A stretch of 63,245 nt of DNA, the filler included, from Lenisia limosa (taxonomy: Eukaryota > Protista > Breviatea), in assembly GCA_001655205.1 (NCBI GenBank). It is 12 parts of 12 records of this genome, joined end to end, with 100 filler letters (N's around TTAATTAATTAA, not from the genome) between each part and the next. Parts side by side here need not be neighbours in the genome. Positions count along the whole stretch, not along the records: positions 48,228 to 53,225 come from LPNZ01005491.1; positions 53,326 to 56,874 come from LPNZ01009079.1; positions 56,975 to 59,466 come from LPNZ01006653.1; positions 59,567 to 61,248 come from LPNZ01009067.1; 8 more parts are not named here. One strand, written 5' to 3'. Position numbers and translations under genes: made by a program. The number at the start of each line of letters is the position of its first letter. Positions within the stretch are counted from its first letter, which is position 1. Under the pieces are notes generated by a model. It made no database searches and was not told the DNA's origin. It saw only the letters and a list, made by a program, of their open reading frames with translations. Positions 48,228 through 60,661 of this stretch are shown here, one piece after another.

Positions 48228-51024
48228 GCCCTGGACGGTGACTCATTAGTGCATCAAGCCGACGGGCTGGGTTTGATACCAGGGCTCAAACCGGCTCCAC
48301 CCTCCAAGCTCGTCAACCTGACTGAGGTCCTGAATCGTGGTTCGGGGATTATGAGGATTTATATGGGGTTGGGGTGTCACATAATTTAAACCACCACATG
48401 AATAGCAAAATATAATTTACATTATGAGTATCAAATTAATAACATTATTTAAATTATGAATATCACATTAATAATATTACAGTATACAATGTGAATATCA
48501 AATAGCATTATTTACACCATCGCAGTGTCGGACACCATTGCTGAGGAGTCGCCTGGGTCATTGGAGGAGCAAAACGAGGAAGAGTTTGATGAAACTACTC
48601 AGCTCAACCCTCTCTTCAGAGTAGGCGCCTTATGGGTTTTTGTTGGTGAAAAGCCTGTCTAACTTTTTTTATTTCTCATTGCTATCCATATGTAACAACA
48701 ATGTACCTCATATGATATTGGCTGCTCTCCAGCCAACAGAGTTGATCCTGGGGTGTTTCTTGTTTCATAACAGCAGAAGCGACTGGCTTGGGCTGTTTTT
48801 TTTTTTTTTTTTTTTTTNNNNNNNNNNNNNNNNNNNNNNNNNNNNNNNNNNNNNNNNNNNNNNNNNNNNTTTGGGGTTTTTTGTTTCATAAATTTTCCAA
48901 TTTTACCCCCTCCCCCCTCCCAGGACGAGAGTGTGCCCATAACGCCGTTGACAACGCAAAATTCCAAGTCGTCTGTTCACAGCTTGGACTATAAGGAAGT
49001 TGGCCTTGGGGACGAGATTATCTCCATCGACCTTATACTTTTCTCCTCACAAATATCCCAACTGACTTTCACTGGACTAATGGGATGCGGTGCTGAATTT
49101 GTTTTGTTGTTATCAACCCTCGTGTGTTGTCAGCCAACAGAGTTAATTTTGGGCTTTTTGTTTCATAAATTTTCCAAATTTACCCCCCACCCCACAGGTC
49201 CGGCCGCCCAAGCCGCGTACAGTGGCAAAGTTATCGTCTCTCCTCGGATGGCGGGCTTTTGCCACTGAAGGTTTGCTGGATAACAGCGAGAGTTCATGGG
49301 GCTTTTTGGACAGTAGGATATAGAGGGTGGTTTAAGGTATGCTTGGCTTGACATATTTGAAGGTATTGCAGCTATGGGGAGTGAAATAGGTATGCTGAAG
49401 CAAAAATACCAACGAATAAATGCCAAGATTTTATCCGGCTTTTTCGGACCAAAGGGAAGCCCAGGATATATAATAGGGAAGCCCAGGATATGTTAACTGA
49501 CCCCCTTAGGGCCACGATATACCACACTGCCCTTCCGTCCCCCTCGTCTCCACCCCCCTTCTTACGCTGACCGTAATCTGTCGGCCTTCAGACAGGCCCT
49601 GGTGGGTGGTTATTCTTGAATAGGATGAAATATGGGGATTATGTTGCTGTTTTTTGAGGACACTGGTGCGTCTGTTGGGTATTAATTGTTGTTCTTTACA
49701 ACTTGTTAATATGATAGGGATAATGTTCTTCATTATTCATTAATATCATAGCATATTATGATATGTATGTGTCTATATGATGTGATGATTATGTGATTAC
49801 CTTTGGTAATCCTTATTGTTCTTCATTCCATGACCCCCACAGCCCCTCTACCGCCAAGCCATGCTAACTTGCGCCCTCATTGTGCTCGTCTCCCTCTCCT
49901 CCCACATCATTTTCGAGTTTTCTATGTCTTACTTTATCTTGGTATGCCTGGGCTTTATTGGGTTGGAAAACAGCAAAACAGTCATGCTGAGCACAGCGCT
50001 TGGGTTACCTATAATATATATCATATTATTATACTATACCGGTAACTCTACGTATATTTTGCCAAAAGAGCTGATTCTGGGTGTTGTGTTGTTGTTTCAT
50101 TCATATTCCCATCCCCCTCCCAGGCAAGATACGGATTCCTGACCATATCTCTCCTCTGCTTTGTTGTCTGCTACTTGCTGTCTGCTAAGCCCGGCCTGGA
50201 CCCTTCCATTCTCAAGTGCACTGCTATGGCTGCATATAGTGGGGGGGGGGGCACACATGTTTACTATATGATACGTATACTATATGATATCATACAATAT
50301 GACTACAGTGACTGTTATCAGTCTTCCGATTTGTGTACGCAAATCTGATTTTTTCATATCATTCAACTGTATATGACCTTGAATGATATGATATACACTT
50401 GTTTACAATCCTCGTGTGTTGCTAGCCATCAAAGTTGATTTGGGCTATTTTTGTTTTATTAATTTACCATTTTTACTGCCCCCAACGCCAGTATTCTTCG
50501 TCGAATTGTCCTTCGTTTTACCTCCCAGTATGTGGCTGTTTCGGCTACGCCTCTATCCCCAACACCCCAGACGGTCCTGCCGGATCCTACCTTCCCGCGG
50601 GTATACTCGTTTCCACCGCTTTCGCCGTCTCTTCAATCGGGGCCAAGTTCTCGTGGGGGGTGTTTAGCTAACAGAGTTAATTCCGGCTCTTCCCTCATAA
50701 ATAAGTGATGGGATGCGGTGCTGTAGAAGCGATTGGCCTGGGTTTTGTTTGTTTTGTTGTTATCAACCCCTCGTTTGTTGTCANNNNNNNNNNNNNNNNN
50801 NNNNNNNNNNNNNNNNNNNNNNNNNNNNNNNNNNNNNNNNNNNNNNNNNNNNNNNNNNNNNNNNNNNNNNNNNNNNNNNNNNNNNNNATTTTCTATCGTG
50901 ACATAACACTGCACATGGCGCTGGCATTCGGCGCCACTGTAGTTATGCTCTTCATCGCGTTCCTACTCAACTCTGCGGCCTGGGGGCATTTCAACCAGCA
51001 TCTCAGAGCTAAGGTGGCAAAGGG
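48228..51024 (+). CDS. Polytopic membrane protein, probably MFS-type transporter (partial)
   Basis: An acidic loop (EEQNEEEFDETTQLNP) is followed by hydrophobic exons PLYRQAMLTCALIVLVSLSSHIIFEFSMSYFIL|ARYGFLTISLLCFVVCYLL..|..LPAGILVSTAFAVSSIGAKFS|..HMALAFGATVVMLFIAFLLNSAAWGHF. Confidence 0.62.
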
Positions 51025-51588
51025 GGTCGGATTGTTTCTTATTTAATTCTCGTTTCTACCTAATAAGGATTGCTGCTGTCCATAATCATCTAAAAAAACT
51101 CTAATATGTACCGTAATNNNNNNNNNNNNNNNNNNNNNNNNNNNNNNNNNNNNNNNNNNNNAGCACTTTGTTTCACTCACTCTTTTAGCTTGAAAGAGGC
51201 GCAACCGTGCGAATGGCTGCGGGTAGGCCGTGTTGATGCTGAAAGTCTCAATTAGAAACTGGGATCATCACAGATTTTCCTGTGTTTATATGCTCATATT
51301 GGTGTTTTTTGGGGGTAAATTGGGTGTTTTTTGGGTAGTTTGAGAGCAGATGGGATGCCGTATGAGTTCATGTGCAAGAGTTACGAATTCCTTTTTCAAG
51401 TAACTTGTTCACCAAATATCTGTGATTTTGCTTCTCTTGTCCTTAACACTCCAGGTGCCTCAAGAATGCTACTTCCGTGGCCCCTGAATCTCTGGTCAGC
51501 TTGGATGTGATATAATCAATCCTCAAAGATATGTTCCACTTCATTCCTTAAATTACATCCCCTCATTCCCTCGTAATTTACCTCGAAG

Positions 51589-53225
51589 GTGGGTGTGGCG
51601 TTCAGTCCCCGACGGCACGAAGCTGGATGCCCCTACCGTGGTGTACGAGACCGTCCAATCTGCCGCGTCTTTCGAGTCCGCGTCTTCCTCGACCAGCCAC
51701 TGTGGGGGGAGGGGGTTGAAGAAAGTGTTATGTACGCAGGGGCAGAGTGCCATAAATTTTCTTTTATTTTATCGAAATATAGTACATTGTTTTTAAACAA
51801 AATATTTAATACCGCATGCATAATATGCTTTTCATACTATATATATGATATGTAGTTATACAGTAATGCAGATCAATCTAAACACGCTGATAAAAGTACT
51901 AACGTTTTAGTGACGAAAGGAGTGTCCACGTTCTCACTGGCCAACACCCAGTCCAATATCGTAAATGTGAGTGGCTTTTGGGCTCATCTTTATCATCTAA
52001 AGGGTGAATTTTTTGTGTCGTGATTATTTTATATTTGTAATTATGACACAATTATTACCTCTCCGTACACCTCTATTCTGCATTAATCATTGATTTCCCT
52101 TTCCCACACATCTTCAACACTATCATTAACTGCACCACCAATGCTCCAAAGTTTATTTCACCTCCAAGGCTCTCTCCATGGGCGGGTCACGTGACCCGAT
52201 GCAGTTCTCCCAGCCTCTGCACTCTATTGGTGGGTGGGGTACGTATCATATGATCTGTACATATCAGTGTAGTACTATATAAGATATATGATATATATAT
52301 TTTATGATATATTATAGTTTAAGAGGAAGACACATATCAACGTATCACTTGTCATTTCTCCATTGCTAGCCTCAGAGCTCGTCAATCCTGTTTCTGTCGT
52401 TTTTTGTGGGTTTATTTATGTACAGCCTAGCTGCTGGATCGGTATGATCCTCTTTTTAATAGAGACTTCACAGCTCACATTTTTAGAGGTGAACATAAGT
52501 GCGTTAACTGTTGAGATGGCTGCTCTTCCCACTCTGGTCTCAAGATTGACGCCAAAACAGGTCGGAAAAGAGGGTGACGCTATAATACAGAGACAACGCC
52601 TTTTCTATGCTATTTTAACATTTTAACATTTATTGTTAATTATTGGGATTACATAAGGTCTGAAGTTTTTACCCGAAGCACTTACTGATTTTGGGTGTTT
52701 TTGTTTTATAAGTTGTGCAATTGTACTCCTCTTTACCCTTTCCCCAGTCATTCCAACTCCTGCGCTACCTTGATTCGATCCTCAAGTCCCTGTCCAAACA
52801 CAGTAACGCCACGATTGTCCCTTCTGCTCTCACTGAAAGATGGACGGTAGGGTGGACGGCTTTGTCAAAATAACTGTCAGTGGCACGCAAAAAGCTGAGT
52901 GCACTGAGTTAAAAACGATTGGGTGAATTAATATAGTATTACTCTTCTAAGTGGGTTGGTGTAGACGGCTTCGGCCAGATAATGCGTGATGGTATAGATG
53001 GCTTCTGCTTGACATTCCTTTTTCAATCTCTATTTTGACACATATGATATGATATTACTGTAATTAGTCCATGTGATGGGACGACTTTGGCAGTCTTTCA
53101 TCCAACTCAGTTAATTTTGTCACATTTCAAGCATATTATTATTCCAATCTCACTCCCCTCAGTTTATATTCCAAGCCCAGAGTTTCACTCCGGCTGCCGA
53201 TAGCGCAGCAGAGGCTAAAGAGGTC
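51589..53225 (+). CDS. Further exons of an unidentified gene (same gene as the upstream transporter or a separate one)
   Basis: GT-AG-bounded GC-balanced blocks, e.g. WVWRSVPDGTKLDAPTVVYETVQSAASFESASSSTSH, VYFTSKALSMGGSRDPMQFSQPLHSI and SFQLLRYLDSILKSLSKH. Confidence 0.4.
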
Positions 53226-53419
53226 NNNNNNNNNNNNNNNNNNNNNNNNNNNNNNNNNNNNNNNNNNNNTTAATTAATTAANNNNNNNNNNNNNNNNNNN
53301 NNNNNNNNNNNNNNNNNNNNNNNNNGGGGGGGGGGGGGAGCAAACCGAAGGAAATTTCAATGAAGATAATACGTTATCTAAAATATTTTAGTGAATTGAT
53401 GATGTTAGCAGTAGTATCA

Positions 53420-54808
53420 CATGGTGTAATTTCTTGTTTTCGGATCAAGCCTTCAAACCTCTTCCTTTTTTGTAAGGGAAAACGGCGGTGGTGGAGGGCA
53501 TGATTTCTTTAACCGGGTGACTGGAGGTGGTCGAAGCTGAAAGAAATTAAAGCAGCTAGAAGAAATTAAAGCTGGAAGAAAGTAAAACAGACCGCTTAGC
53601 CAGAATAAGATTCGCAGTGTACGTATTTTCTCATGGATTTGTGGTATAGTTTTAATTTTTGACCAAAATTCATGGATTTGGGGTTCGGTTAAGATTACGT
53701 AATGAATCTGGTTTGAGACCTGGTTAAGGAAGGTGGGGGTGAGGGATATAATTTGGGCTTCACTTCGGTTCAAAAACCTAGAGAAATTCAGTCTTTCTTC
53801 GAACCGAAGTGAAGCCCTAGGTATAATTCGGGGTCTATTCTGAGCTCTCTGAAAAAGAAAAAGAAATTAATGACACGCTTCAAGTCATATTTTGAGTTCA
53901 AGATTGCAAGGATACAATCAAGTTCGAATGCAAGATTCAGGTTTTTTAACAAAAAAAAAACACAAAACACAGCAGAGAAGACTTCAGAGGAAGCCACTGT
54001 TCTCCCTATATTGTATACTGTATATTGCACCCAAGATTAGAATTTCAATGATCTCAAGAAGACCAAAGGAGATTTTGAAGAAATATGGTACTCTAAATCA
54101 CCCAAGACAATTATAAATTTTAAACTCTTCAATTGGGTTCCTTGTCAACATACATATTACTTATCCACGTATTCTTCTCAAGGGTAACCTACAAAATACT
54201 GTAATATTTCAGGACTTAGCTGTATTTATTGTACTTGGCAACAATACTGATGCAATTCTTGTTTTTACTTAGGATTAAGCCTTGTTTTCTCTCTTAATAT
54301 AAGCTACTTTAAACTCTCTAACTCTTAATATAAGATATTTTTTAACTTCCTATCTCTTAATATAAGATACTTTTAACTCTCTCGACAAAAATCGGTCAAT
54401 ATTTACCTGGGACAGATTAGAGATTTGCTTTGTGATTTCCTTGGAAAATAGGTCAAGACTTATCCCCATCACTGTATATAGCAATGAGAAATAAAAAACA
54501 AGGTTATTACACATCATATGATAAGACCGTTAATTCCGTTTTCCCAGATCTTTACACGATAACATGACCAACCAAACCTGGCTTTTTGTATGTGGTGCTG
54601 CTGCCTTCCCTGACTGCAATAATGAGAATTAGACAAGCCAAAGCAGAAGAATGGAGTGATATGACAGGTTGACAGATCACCCTCACTCACGCGAGTTGGT
54701 TTTTTTGGCTTCCCTGTGGATGGATCTATGCTAGAGTGTGTAAAAAACAGTTCAGAAAGGGAAAGAGGTGCCTGACCTTGGAGTTTTTTCCTTTTTACGA
54801 GTAGCCAT
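53420..54808 (-). CDS. 5' part of an uncharacterised gene
   Basis: ATG at 54808. MATRKKEKTP|SIDPSTGKPKKPTR|SGKAAAPHTKSQ splices in phase; downstream exons are uncertain. Confidence 0.45.
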
Positions 54809-55286
54809 GACGCTAATCGAAGCCTTACCTGAAAAAATTTAAATATTATGTATAATTATTACGTTTTGAACACAAAACGGCGAAAAACAAGCGATAATTA
54901 GAATTGAGTTACTTGTACTTACAGTTAACTAGAATTTCTTAATTGTGGGTCCAACTTAGTTTTTATTTTCTTTTTTTTCTGGGATTTCTATTAATGAGCA
55001 AGGCACTCTCCAAGCTTCATTATTCCTGTTCCGGTCCCTTGCCAGTTCCCGGTTCTTTCCTTCGTTCGTTCCCCAGATTGGTCGTTTTTTTTCTCCTTGT
55101 ATGTCCAACCGTCCAACCAACTCCTCCGCTACCAGCAAACCTAATTTAGCAAAGAATGTGAGAGAGAGTGTGTCGTGGGTTTTGTTATGTTTATAGGAAT
55201 AATACTATCACCCCCCCAAATCGCACCTATCCTTGTTTTAAAAATCGAACATTGAATATTACCATAAAACAAGGAAAGCAGTTTGC

Positions 55287-56753
55287 CTAATACTTCTGTA
55301 GTAAGTCCTCCACTGCCGACACCTCACACTTGATCTAGGGAATCAGATTAACTAAAATATGGGGAGTGAAATTTGAAAATTTATAAAAGAAAAAAAAGCC
55401 CAATATCAACTACGCTGCTGGCAACACACGACGGTCGAGAACAACAAAACAAACAAAGNNNNNNNNNNNNNNNNNNNNNNNNNNNNNNNNNNNNNNNNNN
55501 NNNNNNNNNNNNNNNNNNNNNNNNNNNNNNNNNNNNNNNNNNNNNNNNNNNNNNNNNNNNNNNNNNNNNNNNNNNNNNNNNNNNNNNNNNNNNNNNNNNN
55601 NNNNNNNNNNNNNNNNNNNNNNNNNNNNNNNNNNNNNNNNNNNNNNNNNNNNNNNNNNNNNNNNNNNNNNNNNNNNNNNNNNNNNNNNNNNNNNNNNNNN
55701 NNNNNNNNNNNNNNNATGGGGTAGCATTTATACAAGGCTTCACTTCGGTCCGAAAAAAGACAAATTGTCGAAAACTATCGATATTTTATAGGTCTTTTTC
55801 ACACCAAAATAAGCCCTACATGTTCCATATCATCATTGATACCCCCCCCCCCCTNNNNNNNNNNNNNNNNNNNNNNNNNNNNNNNNNNNNNNNNNNNNNN
55901 NNNNNNNNNNNNNNNNNNNNNNNNNNNNNNNNNNNNCGCCGTCATTCGAAGTTCCGAGTTACTGTAGGGGGATATTAACGAGTTGTTTCGCTGAGAGGGA
56001 AAGAATGATGGTAAACTAGACTCGCACCGATATCGAAATGTTGTTCCATTATATATCTCAAAATCCCCATACAGAAGAGGTGCAAGGTACTTCACACAGG
56101 CACGGACATCCTAAAAGGAGTAAAAGCTAGCTGGGATTGCGCATAAGAGGGCTAGATGATGTAAATGATAGACATTTACACATTTGCAAAATTTCAAAGA
56201 ACCTCTATTTTAAGTATTACTGTTAGGATACGAACCCACCTCGAGGGTGACGTCAGCAAGCCTGGATTCGATTTCCTGGAGGTCTTTTTTGGACGGGCAT
56301 CCAGACAGGTGGGCAATGAGTTGATAGTCCGCTATAGGGGGGGGGGGGGTAAAANNNNNNNNNNNNNNNNNNNNNNNNNNNNNNNNNNNNNNNNNNNNNN
56401 NNNNNNNNNNNNNNNNNNNNNNNNNNNNNNNNNNNNNNNNNNNNNNGGCTGGAAGGATTTTTAGATGATAATTTTAAAAATGAACGATTTATGAAACAAA
56501 AAAAGAACCCCAAAAACACTTAGTAAGGGCTTCACTTCTGTTCGAAAAATAGTAAACATCATCAACAAGCAATAACAATATCATCATCACCATCATCATC
56601 AACAAGCAATAAAAATATCATCACCATCATCATCAACAAGCAATAACAATATCATCAACAGCATCAAGATGATCTAGCCCCCCACCAGCCAGGCCCGGGG
56701 TCATGATATTTTGTTTCATTCGGTAAACGATAGTCGCCTTGGCTCCAAGCAAA
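55287..56753 (-). CDS. C-terminal end of a probable M16 (insulinase-like) metallopeptidase
   Basis: LLGAKATIVYRMKQNIMTPGLA|..DLQEIESRLADVTLE|DVRACVKYLAPLLYG..|IKCEVSAVEDLLQKY* (TAG 55287). The VT.EDV...KY motif is typical of M16 C-terminal halves. Confidence 0.55.
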
Positions 56754-56974
56754 CTGTTTTGTTAGGGGCTGAAGAGATAGAAAGGAAAAATGTTTGAACA
56801 AAAGACCCCAGGATCAACTCTGTAATATTATATCATTTAGAGATGAAGAAAAAAACAAAAAACAAGGTTGTATCNNNNNNNNNNNNNNNNNNNNNNNNNN
56901 NNNNNNNNNNNNNNNNNNTTAATTAATTAANNNNNNNNNNNNNNNNNNNNNNNNNNNNNNNNNNNNNNNNNNNN

Positions 56975-59152
56975 ACCCTCTTCGCCATTCTGCTCTTCGA
57001 TCAGATCTTCGCTGCCGTCCCCGACGTCTTCCAAACCACCCATCAGGCTCACCCCCTGGACTTCTTCTCCCACTGGTTCTACGATAATCGAAAAGGTGGC
57101 TGAGGGTTTTGGTAGAAATAAAGTTTCGCTTTCGGTTCAACAAAGACTGAATCCTCGATAAAAATCTATATTTTTCTGATCTTTGGGAACTGAGTGTGAA
57201 TAGGTAGAAATGATATGGGTACTCCGGCGCAATAAGTCCTGAGACGGAGCTTGATCTAGGTCAGTCGTGTCAGGCAGGACATCGCGGTCACTGTATTTTC
57301 TTGCTATAAAACACAAATATTCTAACTTCTTTCAAGAGAAAAGGTGGTAGAGGCTTTTTAATATGGCCGAAATCATTCAAAGTGGCGGGCTTATAATAAA
57401 TGATTCTGGTTTTGGACATAATTGACAGCTTTCGTTGTTTTTGATTACTTACCATATTTGGAAGTTCGTGAGTCTTGATTTAGGAGCACTTGCCTAATTT
57501 GTACTCTTGGAGCTGTTGCATTTCCCATTTTACGCATTTTTTATGTTACTTGGCCTTTTCTTACACTCCTGAATTTAGGATCACTTACCATATTTAGAAC
57601 TTCTGGAGTCGCGATTTGAGGAACTATCGGTTCGAAAATTATCCACTATCATTGCAGAAACCTGGCTGCAGCTCAAAAATTACAAAGTGAGCGTGTTTTT
57701 TTTTTNNNNNNNNNNNNNNNNNNNNNNNNNNNNNNNNNNNNNNNNNNNNNNNNNNNNNNNNNNNNNNNNNNNNNNNNNNNNNNNNNNNNNNNNTATTGTG
57801 TTATTGTTTTTATTTTGTTCAAGGTTTATATTTTTTGTATTTTGTCCATGTTATTGCAGACCAATAGTGTTGCTTCTTTCTTTGTGACACAGTAGTAAGG
57901 TGACACGTGTTTGAATATATGCTATGTGGCTTTTGGGTTTTTTTTGTTTTGCAATATTCAGTTTTTTTCATAATGTCAAGATTTCTAGCGTGGAGAGCAA
58001 TTTTTTTCTTTATTCAATCTGTATTGACGGTTTCTTATCAAATAATAGTCTGTTTCCAGTTCTCTTTACCTTGATTTTCTTTTCTAATATTATTTTTCTT
58101 TTCTTTTCTCACATTGTCTCATATAGATTTCAATTTCTTATTGGTCCCAGATTTCTGGTGTAGATAGTGAGGCGATATCAGCCGAAGACTTAGGACGAAT
58201 TGCTGATGGCATAGGTTGGTTTGTTGGGGAGGGTGTTAAATCAAATAGAAAAAAAATATTAATTGGATTATCAAGACCTTACTTCTGTTTTTTTTTTTTA
58301 GTTTTATCTCCAATGTTTCAATTTTATATTAACCCCCCCCCCCCCNNNNNNNNNNNNNNNNNNNNNNNNNNNNNNNNNNNNNNNNNNNNNNNNNNNNNNN
58401 NNNNNGTGATGGAGGAAATGGTTATTGGTTTGCTTTTTTATCCCCCTTGGACTATCGGATATGTATACAGGACCATAGATCGGAAGTTCATCATCAACCA
58501 CTGTCACCTCTACCATAATATTTTTATACAGGACCATAAATCGGTTTTACCATAAACCTTTATCACCTAAACCATTATATTTAACACATAAAACAAGTCT
58601 TTTTGGGTGGATTCGTTTACTCAACATAAGATTCATTTGTTTAATTATTACGTTTTAGGGGGGCTGAAACTCATCCAAGTATTCAGACGAATTGCAAAAG
58701 GCGAGGTAGGAGAGGGAGGTAAAAGATGGAAATTCCGATGAAGAATATTGGCGTAACAGTATTAATCACGGACCGAATAATCTAAACTCCAAATATAGTG
58801 GGTGTAGGTCTGTGATAGGTTTGTAAGTAATGATAATTTTGTAATGATAGGTCTGTGATAGGGAGGGGGGAGGGGGGCTTTCCAGCTATGTTGCTAAATG
58901 ATAAGGATCCACTGCACTGACCCCAAAAGATATGACTGAAGTTCTCGATAAATATGAGAGGTCACCGATGAAACCAACACATATCGATATCATAAAATTA
59001 TATCTCTTATCAGCGGGATGGTCTTTAAATTTTAGGTTATCATATGCAATTCTTTAATTTCAGGTTGGACGAAGCGGTCTGCCCGATTTGACCCTTTGGA
59101 GGCCTGTGGAATCGGGCTGGGTTACAACCTTCGTGGAAGTCAAGGGGCCAAG
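56975..59152 (+). CDS. FAN1: Fanconi-associated nuclease 1 (VRR-NUC domain), partial
   Basis: TLFAILLFDQIFAAVPDVFQTHHQAHPLDFFSHWFYDNRK, DLGRIADGI|GGLKLIQVFRRIAKGE|VGRSGLPDLTLWRPVESGWVTTFVEVKGPR, with the PD-(D/E)XK motif. Confidence 0.92.
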
Positions 59153-59304
59153 GTGGGTTAAGATGAAGAAATATAATAGAAATGATAGATGTATAGATGT
59201 ATGGGGAAACAAGTATAATATCGTATATTACGATTTTATTAGTTTTAGGGGGGTATTAGCCGTGATTCTCCAACTATTATTACTAAATCATTTAATTATT
59301 TTTA

Positions 59305-59459
59305 TGCTGGGGAGGCACGCAGAAAGCTGTGTGCACAGAGTTGTAAAGCAAATGATTGGGTGAACTAATATTATGCTATAATCCAATATCTCTTGTAAGC
59401 GTGATGGTGTGGACGCCTTCGGCCAGATACAACCTTATTTTTTAATTTCTCATTGCTAG
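59305..59459 (+). mobile_element. Family F dispersed repeat (~155 bp), full-length-looking copy
   Basis: TGCTGGGGAGGCACGCAGAAAGC..GCAAATGATTGGGTGAA..GTGGACG(G)CTTCGGCCAGATACAACCTT..TTTCTCATTGCTAG. Copies or fragments at ~4880, 5900, 19200, 27115, 31185, 35800, 37770, 38440, 40110, 40325, 52915, 54480 and 56855. Confidence 0.78.
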
Positions 59460-59864
59460 ATAATATNNNNNNNNNNNNNNNNNNNNNNNNNNNNNNNNNN
59501 NNNNNNNNNNTTAATTAATTAANNNNNNNNNNNNNNNNNNNNNNNNNNNNNNNNNNNNNNNNNNNNTATGTACGCTTCCTCCACCCCTCCACGTTTGGGT
59601 GATGGAGCGGTGGGGGCTCTTCAAAGGCTTGCTCGGGCTTGTTTTTGTTTTTGCGTTTTTGTCATCTGGTTTTGGTCTAGTTTTAGGGTTGGTTGCTCAT
59701 GTTTGTTATTTTGTTTGTTTGGAGTTTCAGATTATTCGGTTCGTGATAAGTACCTTACGCCAATATTCTTCATCGAANNNNNNNNNNNNNNNNNNNNNNN
59801 NNNNNNNNNNNNNNNNNNNNNNNNNNNNNNNNNNNNNNNNNNNNNNNNNNNNNNNNNNNNNNNN

Positions 59865-60307
59865 AACGTTCTATAATGCGGCCGGCTCTCCCCGCTACTG
59901 CTCTGAGGACTGCCGTGTCACTCTTGATGGTGAGGAGGGGCTTTGATGGTGAGTATTTTGGATAGAAAATCTTATCATCTCGGATTATGGGTATCTTACC
60001 AATTGGATTATGAAAATCTTATCATTACCATATCATAGCTTCCCTACGGTCGAAAAACTTTTTCGAGATGTTATCGGGAAATTCAGTCTTTTTTGGGACC
60101 GTAGGGAAGCTATAATCATATCGGATGGTGAGTATCTTGTCATATGTAGACCTTTCTGAGTATTTTATATAAGCTTTATGAATAAACAATACAGCGATAA
60201 GTCGCTCTCACTGTGTGCCCCCCTTCTATTTCCATTTTACCTCTCCAGAGAGCTTTGTTATTTCGCATGTTGATTCGGAAGCAACTCGCTTGGACCCTGA
60301 CATGGAG
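59865..60307 (+). CDS. Two internal exons of an unidentified gene
   Basis: TFYNAAGSPRYCSEDCRVTLD|ESFVISHVDSEATRLDPDME splice in phase. Confidence 0.4.
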
Positions 60308-60661
60308 GTGGGGAGAGGAGGAGGTTGCATATTGGTCTGTAATTGCACCCCTGCTTTCATGCCTGTTTTTTTTAATGTTATACTTACATATATTATTCAT
60401 ATACTATGCATATTATATTGTAATACATATCATACATCAAATGTATAGAACAATGTTTGAATAAAGTTTTTTTTTTTTCTATTTAAGGGCCTATTATATT
60501 TATTTTTGAAACTAAAAACGGCGTTATGTAGCTGATATACCTCGTTTTTTGGAAATTTACGTTTGAGAAAATTTTCGGAAAAAATATCTGTATATTTGAT
60601 GGGCACAAAAAATACACGAAAAAAACCACTTTTTGCTCATGAAAATTGACTCTATTGGAAA

